Below, piece after piece: positions 27,107 to 31,006 of a stretch of 31,006 bases of DNA. Position 1 is the first letter of the stretch, and the number at the start of each line of letters is the position of its first letter. The DNA is from a virus. Its lineage: Duplodnaviria; Caudoviricetes. The notes under the pieces are model-generated. The model had not been told where the DNA came from. It saw nothing but the letters and a program-made list of their open reading frames with translations, and did no database searches. Location of the stretch: positions 1 to 31,006 of the IMG/VR virus record IMGVR_UViG_3300028008_000067, one strand, 5' to 3'. The position numbers were made by a program, and so were the translations under genes.

Positions 27107-27692
27107 TGAAGTTGATAACGTAAAAAAGTACAGTAAAGGTAGTTATAAGTTATCAGGTGGCATAACCGGTAAGGGCGGCCAAATAGGCGAAGTTATTGAT
27201 ATGACAGTACGTCATTATAAGGCGTGGAGAAATATTGTAGCAAAGCATCAAGATCATGCTAAATCAAATCCAGCTGGGTTATTAAAAGCCTGGCATGAAA
27301 AATTTTATGGTTCTAGTTCAGCTAGAGTATCATGGAAGAAAGCTACTAGCGAACTTGGTGTTAGTGATGACAAAAAAGGCGCCAATGCTATTCTAAGAAC
27401 TGTAATAGGTATTATGTTAAAGCCTAAATCAGCTGTAGAAATGCAATCTTACATTGAACAAATACAAGATAAACTACCTAATGATATTTCTAAAGAAGTA
27501 CAAGAAGATATGCCCACTCCTCAAGGAGATCCAGAACCAGCCGCGGCACAAAACCAAGGTTCAAACATAGCAAAAGGTACACTTAAAAAAGCATCTGACG
27601 GTGCTCCATATGAGTGGAAAGGTGCTCAATGGGTAAATTTAAAAACTGGTAGGATGGCAACTAAACAAATATCCGCAGAATTAGGAAAATAA
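27096..27692 (+). CDS. Hypothetical late/virion protein
   Basis: MKINEV start, Pro/Ala/Gln linker, C-terminal DG..YEWKGAQW module. Confidence 0.6.
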   Translation: MKINEVDNVKKYSKGSYKLSGGITGKGGQIGEVIDMTVRHYKAWRNIVAKHQDHAKSNPAGLLKAWHEKFYGSSSARVSWKKATSELGVSDDKKGANAILRTVIGIMLKPKSAVEMQSYIEQIQDKLPNDISKEVQEDMPTPQGDPEPAAAQNQGSNIAKGTLKKASDGAPYEWKGAQWVNLKTGRMATKQISAELGK

Positions 27693-27693
27693 A

Positions 27694-28953
27694 ATGCTAA
27701 TAACAGAAGTACTCAAACGCCGTACATGGCAAACATTATTAGAAGCAACAGATAAAAATTTACATTTAGAGCATTTAGAAGATTTAATTTTAAATAACGG
27801 ATACGATGGTGCTATTTCATCTCTAAAATATATTGATGCTATCAGAGGTATGCTTTACACAGGAGGTAAGGCACAGAGTCAAGTAACAGTTAAATGGGAC
27901 GGTGCTCCGGCAGTATTTGCTGGCACAGATCCAGTAGATGGAAAGTTCTTTGTAGGAACTAAAGCAGTATTTGGTAAGACTGAACAAAAAGCGGCCAAAT
28001 CTAATGCTGACATAGACAAATGGTATCCTGGAGAAGGATTAAATGCTAAACTTAAAATAGCATTATCAGAATTAAGTAAATTAGGAATTCAAAAAGTATT
28101 ACAAGGTGATATGATGTTTACTGATGATTCAATAGAAGAATCAAATATTAATGGCGAAGCACATTTAACATTTACACCAAATACTATTACCTATGCTGTT
28201 CCAGTAGATAGCAGTATTGGTAAAACAATTAGACAAGCAAAAATTGGTGTTGTTTTTCATACAACATACTCAGGTGAAACGTTATCTGATATGAAAGCTG
28301 ACTTTGGTGCTAGTGTAAACAATTTAAAGAAAATACCTAGTGTTTGGGTAGATGATGCTTATTATAAAGATGTTAGCGGTAAAGCAACATTAACAAAAGG
28401 TGAAAACCAAACAATAGTACAAGCATTAGGACAAAGTAAAAATACACTTGGTAAAGTAGATAAAGAAAGATTTAATTCATTTTTACAGCAACCTGATTTA
28501 GCTAAATGGGTTAAACCATTTATTAATAAAAAAATTACAGCAGGACAAAGTATAGGTGATCCTACAGCATTTGTTAAAGACTTTGTAGTATACTTTAAAG
28601 AAAGAATGGACAAAGAAATTGCTGGTTTAAAAAGTGGACCAGAAGGACCTGCGGCACAAAAAAGAATTGAACGTAATTTACAGTTAGAACAATTTGTAGA
28701 TGATAACTTAAATAACTTGTTAGCAGTTATGGCCGTATATAAACAAGTTATACAACTTAAATTAAAACTGTTAAAGAAATTAGAATTAATAGAACAGAAC
28801 GTAGGCACGTTCTTAAAAACAGACTCAGGATATAAAGTTACAAACCCAGAAGGTTTTGTAGCATTTGGTATTGAAGGTGGCGCTGTAAAACTTAATGATA
28901 GATTAGAATTTAATACAGCAAACTTTAATCAAGCAAAGAGCTGGAGCAAATAA
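27694..28953 (+). CDS. DUF6267-like protein with ATP-dependent ligase/nucleotidyltransferase motifs
   Basis: HLEHLEDL, TVKWDGAPA (KxDG), QGDMMF, PNTITY, EGFVA, VKL.DRLEF. Confidence 0.7.
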   Translation: MLITEVLKRRTWQTLLEATDKNLHLEHLEDLILNNGYDGAISSLKYIDAIRGMLYTGGKAQSQVTVKWDGAPAVFAGTDPVDGKFFVGTKAVFGKTEQKAAKSNADIDKWYPGEGLNAKLKIALSELSKLGIQKVLQGDMMFTDDSIEESNINGEAHLTFTPNTITYAVPVDSSIGKTIRQAKIGVVFHTTYSGETLSDMKADFGASVNNLKKIPSVWVDDAYYKDVSGKATLTKGENQTIVQALGQSKNTLGKVDKERFNSFLQQPDLAKWVKPFINKKITAGQSIGDPTAFVKDFVVYFKERMDKEIAGLKSGPEGPAAQKRIERNLQLEQFVDDNLNNLLAVMAVYKQVIQLKLKLLKKLELIEQNVGTFLKTDSGYKVTNPEGFVAFGIEGGAVKLNDRLEFNTANFNQAKSWSK

Positions 28954-29609
28954 TGGCATTTGAATTTATAAAAGAAGAATTAGGCGAAGCTAGAATGTTT
29001 AAAGATCCTAAAAGGATTAATGTTAGCAGTCAAGCACGTTTAGGTGATACATTGTATTCTCATTTACTTGGATTACAAGTAATGAAATATGAAAACCCAG
29101 CCCAAGCTAAAGCCTATGCTAGAAGCACTATGAGGTTTGCAGGCTTTGATGGTGTACGAGCAGGAGCAACAGATTTACACAATTTGTTAGCAAGTGTTGA
29201 CAAAGTGCCACAAGCTCAAGTAAAAAGATACTTAATGGACATTGTTAATGGCAGAAAAGATACCCAAGCAGATCGTAGAGCATTAATAATGATTCAAAGA
29301 GGCTTAGGTGTTAGAAGTGGTACTACAAATCAAATGAGACGTATTATTGCTGACTGGCCTAGAATGTTACCAAATGAGCGTAAAGTAGCGGCCACTAGAC
29401 TAGGCTTTGCTTTAAATCACAATGCTAGAGGCAGTGACTTAACGCCTATGTATGTTAAAACAGTTAAAAAGGGTGGCTTGGGAATGGATCAAGCTAAAAG
29501 CCCATTATCTAAAAATCCACTTGTATGGGGAGCAGTAGCAGGAGCGGCCTTATACAAAGCTATACGAGATCCACGTTTAAAAGACCGTATAGGCGGTATT
29601 AAAAATTAA
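28953..29609 (+). CDS. Hypothetical late/virion protein
   Basis: EFIKEELGEARM N-terminus, TDLHN, C-terminal small-residue hydrophobic helix. Confidence 0.6.
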   Translation: MAFEFIKEELGEARMFKDPKRINVSSQARLGDTLYSHLLGLQVMKYENPAQAKAYARSTMRFAGFDGVRAGATDLHNLLASVDKVPQAQVKRYLMDIVNGRKDTQADRRALIMIQRGLGVRSGTTNQMRRIIADWPRMLPNERKVAATRLGFALNHNARGSDLTPMYVKTVKKGGLGMDQAKSPLSKNPLVWGAVAGAALYKAIRDPRLKDRIGGIKN

Positions 29610-29637
29610 TCTTAGTAGTTAAAAATCTCCAAAATTG

Positions 29638-29645
29638 TATAAATA
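29638..29645 (+). promoter_or_regulatory. T4 late promoter consensus TATAAATA
   Basis: Exact gp55 consensus 44 nt upstream of ATG 29689; AGGAG RBS. Confidence 0.8.
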
Positions 29646-29688
29646 CTTGTATGTTCGCACTAGCGGATAAAAATTTAGGAGACTTAAA

Positions 29689-29982
29689 ATGGCAGATTTA
29701 ACAAGAGTACATGGCGCTTCAGGCGTTATGTTCGCAGGAAAAGATGTAGCTTTAACTAGCTTATCTAAAACTAACTTAACACAAGCAGAGCTTGATTCAG
29801 CTATCGCTTTCATCCAATTAACAGCGACTATCGTTGGTATTGGTGACGATACAGCAGGTGGATTTAACGCAGGTGCTTCAGACGTAGTTCACGTACTATC
29901 TGAAGGTCCAGCTCCAGCGGCAGGTTCTAACTTTGGTGGTGTTACTGGTGTTACGGCGGCTGTTGTAGCACACTTTAACTAA
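29689..29982 (+). CDS. Small, probably abundant virion protein (decoration-like)
   Basis: Own late promoter, RBS and terminator; Ala/Gly/Thr-rich; C-ending codons (TTC, AAC, ATC, GAC) unlike neighbours. Confidence 0.65.
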   Translation: MADLTRVHGASGVMFAGKDVALTSLSKTNLTQAELDSAIAFIQLTATIVGIGDDTAGGFNAGASDVVHVLSEGPAPAAGSNFGGVTGVTAAVVAHFN

Positions 29983-30006
29983 TAGTTAGAGAAGTTATAC
30001 ACAATT

Positions 30007-30039
30007 AAAAATAGGCACTTTTATAGTGCCTATTTTTTT
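30007..30039 (+). terminator. Intrinsic (possibly bidirectional) terminator
   Basis: AAAA-ATAGGCACT-TTTAT-AGTGCCTAT-T6. Confidence 0.88.
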
Positions 30040-30074
30040 GACTACCCTTTCACGTTAAGATAAGTACATATATA

Positions 30075-31006
30075 ATGAATTATCTTAATCTCAATGAAAT
30101 AACACAAATACATTTCGAACATACTAGTAAATGTAATTTACTTTGCCCTCAATGTGCTAGAGTTACAGATGATGGTACAGTAAATCCTTATATGCCTATA
30201 GACGAAATGTCTTTAGATGACTATAAAAGAATACTAACACCTGATGTTGTTAAACACGTTAATCATGTCTTCTGGTGTGGTAATTATGGTGATAGTATTG
30301 CTAGTAATAATTTTTTAGAATGTTTAGAATTTGTAAAAAGCACAGGAATTGAAGGAATAGGTATTGTAACCAATGCTAGTGCTAGAACACCAGACTGGTG
30401 GAGAAAGTTAGCAAACATTTTAAATGGACCAAAACAATCAATAACAATTAGTGTAGACGGTCTTAAAGATACTAATCATTTATATCGTGTTAATAGTAAT
30501 TGGAATAAAATTATTGAAAATGTTACAGCATTTATTGAAGCAGGTGGAGAAGTACATTGGGATTATTTAATATTTGATCACAATATACATCAAGTATCAG
30601 AAGCAAAAGAATTAGCAAAAAGTTTAGGAGTTAAAAGTATTAATTTTAAAAACACTAGTAGATTTGTAAAAGTAGAAGAATTTAATAAAGCTAGTAACGA
30701 TGCCTTAACAGTTAAAACTAGAAAATCAGAACATACTATTTCTAGTAAAGAAAACAAAAACAAATCAAAATATGATCAAATTATAGATAAGTTTGGATCA
30801 TTCCAAACTTATGTAGACCAGACGCCTATAACTTGTAAATATAAAAAGAAGAACATGATTTATATAGACTTTGAAGCAAAAGCCTGGCCTTGTTGTTGGG
30901 TTGGTACTAATAGATACTCTACTGGTAGAAAAAATATACAAACAAAACAAATAATAGATTTACAAGAACGTTACGGAAAAGATTTTAATAGCACAAAAAT
31001 ATATAG
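30075..31006 (+). CDS. Radical SAM (SPASM/twitch-like) protein, truncated by the window end
   Basis: EHTSKCNLLCPQCAR (CxxxCxxC), CGNYGD, TNAS, SVDGL..TNHLYR, C..IYID..AWPCCW; open to end; missing from ORF track; GATAAGTA box 30059-30066. Confidence 0.9.
   Translation, partial: MNYLNLNEITQIHFEHTSKCNLLCPQCARVTDDGTVNPYMPIDEMSLDDYKRILTPDVVKHVNHVFWCGNYGDSIASNNFLECLEFVKSTGIEGIGIVTNASARTPDWWRKLANILNGPKQSITISVDGLKDTNHLYRVNSNWNKIIENVTAFIEAGGEVHWDYLIFDHNIHQVSEAKELAKSLGVKSINFKNTSRFVKVEEFNKASNDALTVKTRKSEHTISSKENKNKSKYDQIIDKFGSFQTYVDQTPITCKYKKKNMIYIDFEAKAWPCCWVGTNRYSTGRKNIQTKQIIDLQERYGKDFNSTKIY

Noticed and set aside
53-29813. Short shadow ORFs (53-259, 2364-2555, 5318-5629, 10161-10349, 14382-14645, 16505-16714, 17474-17668, 19348-19734, 19446-19643, 19466-19726, 20288-20527, 22303-22584, 22767-22991, 28362-28808, 29619-29813)
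   Set aside because: They lie within or antisense to well-supported genes, with no motifs or RBS.
1-31006. CRISPR array, tRNA/rRNA, integrase or transposase
   Set aside because: No repeat-spacer periodicity, cloverleaf-like sequence or recombinase motifs seen; intergenic gaps are short.
1-31006. Bacterial chromosomal LPS/capsule locus as the origin of the window
   Set aside because: UvsW-like helicase, gp62-like gene, TATAAATA late promoters and the absence of wzx/wzy/ABC export genes indicate a phage.
1-31006. Alternative genetic code (stop-codon reassignment)
   Set aside because: Standard code gives full-length, tightly packed genes ending in TAA, TGA and TAG.

Overview
AT-rich (roughly 30% GC by eye), gene-dense segment of a large lytic T4-like (myovirus-type, Caudoviricetes) phage. 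A marine alphaproteobacterial host is suggested by an FdxA-type ferredoxin, but this is inference. From left to right: (i) an ~15 kb sugar/SAM modification island with methyltransferases, two divergent KpsC/KpsS-like proteins, several glycosyltransferase-like proteins, two nucleotidyltransferases, cupins, a HAD phosphatase, DeoD, ThyX, a minus-strand operon (Asp/Asn beta-hydroxylase-like, GT-like, two paralogous SAM-fold proteins) and MtnN; (ii) a replication block with an AAA ATPase, UvsW-like helicase, gp62-like clamp-loader subunit, a Zn-finger protein and a ~190 aa miniature DnaE; (iii) ferredoxin, small membrane proteins, a GNAT-like protein and a class-3 lipase; (iv) a late/virion block with a DUF6267-like KxDG ligase-fold protein, a small, probably abundant virion protein and a truncated radical SAM gene. 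Sigma70-like promoters sharing an extended motif, T4-late-like TAAATA boxes, IHF-like and NrdR-like sites and two intrinsic terminators are visible. Codon context shows strong avoidance of GCWGC and TGCA. All functional calls come from motif recognition by eye; no database searches were run.
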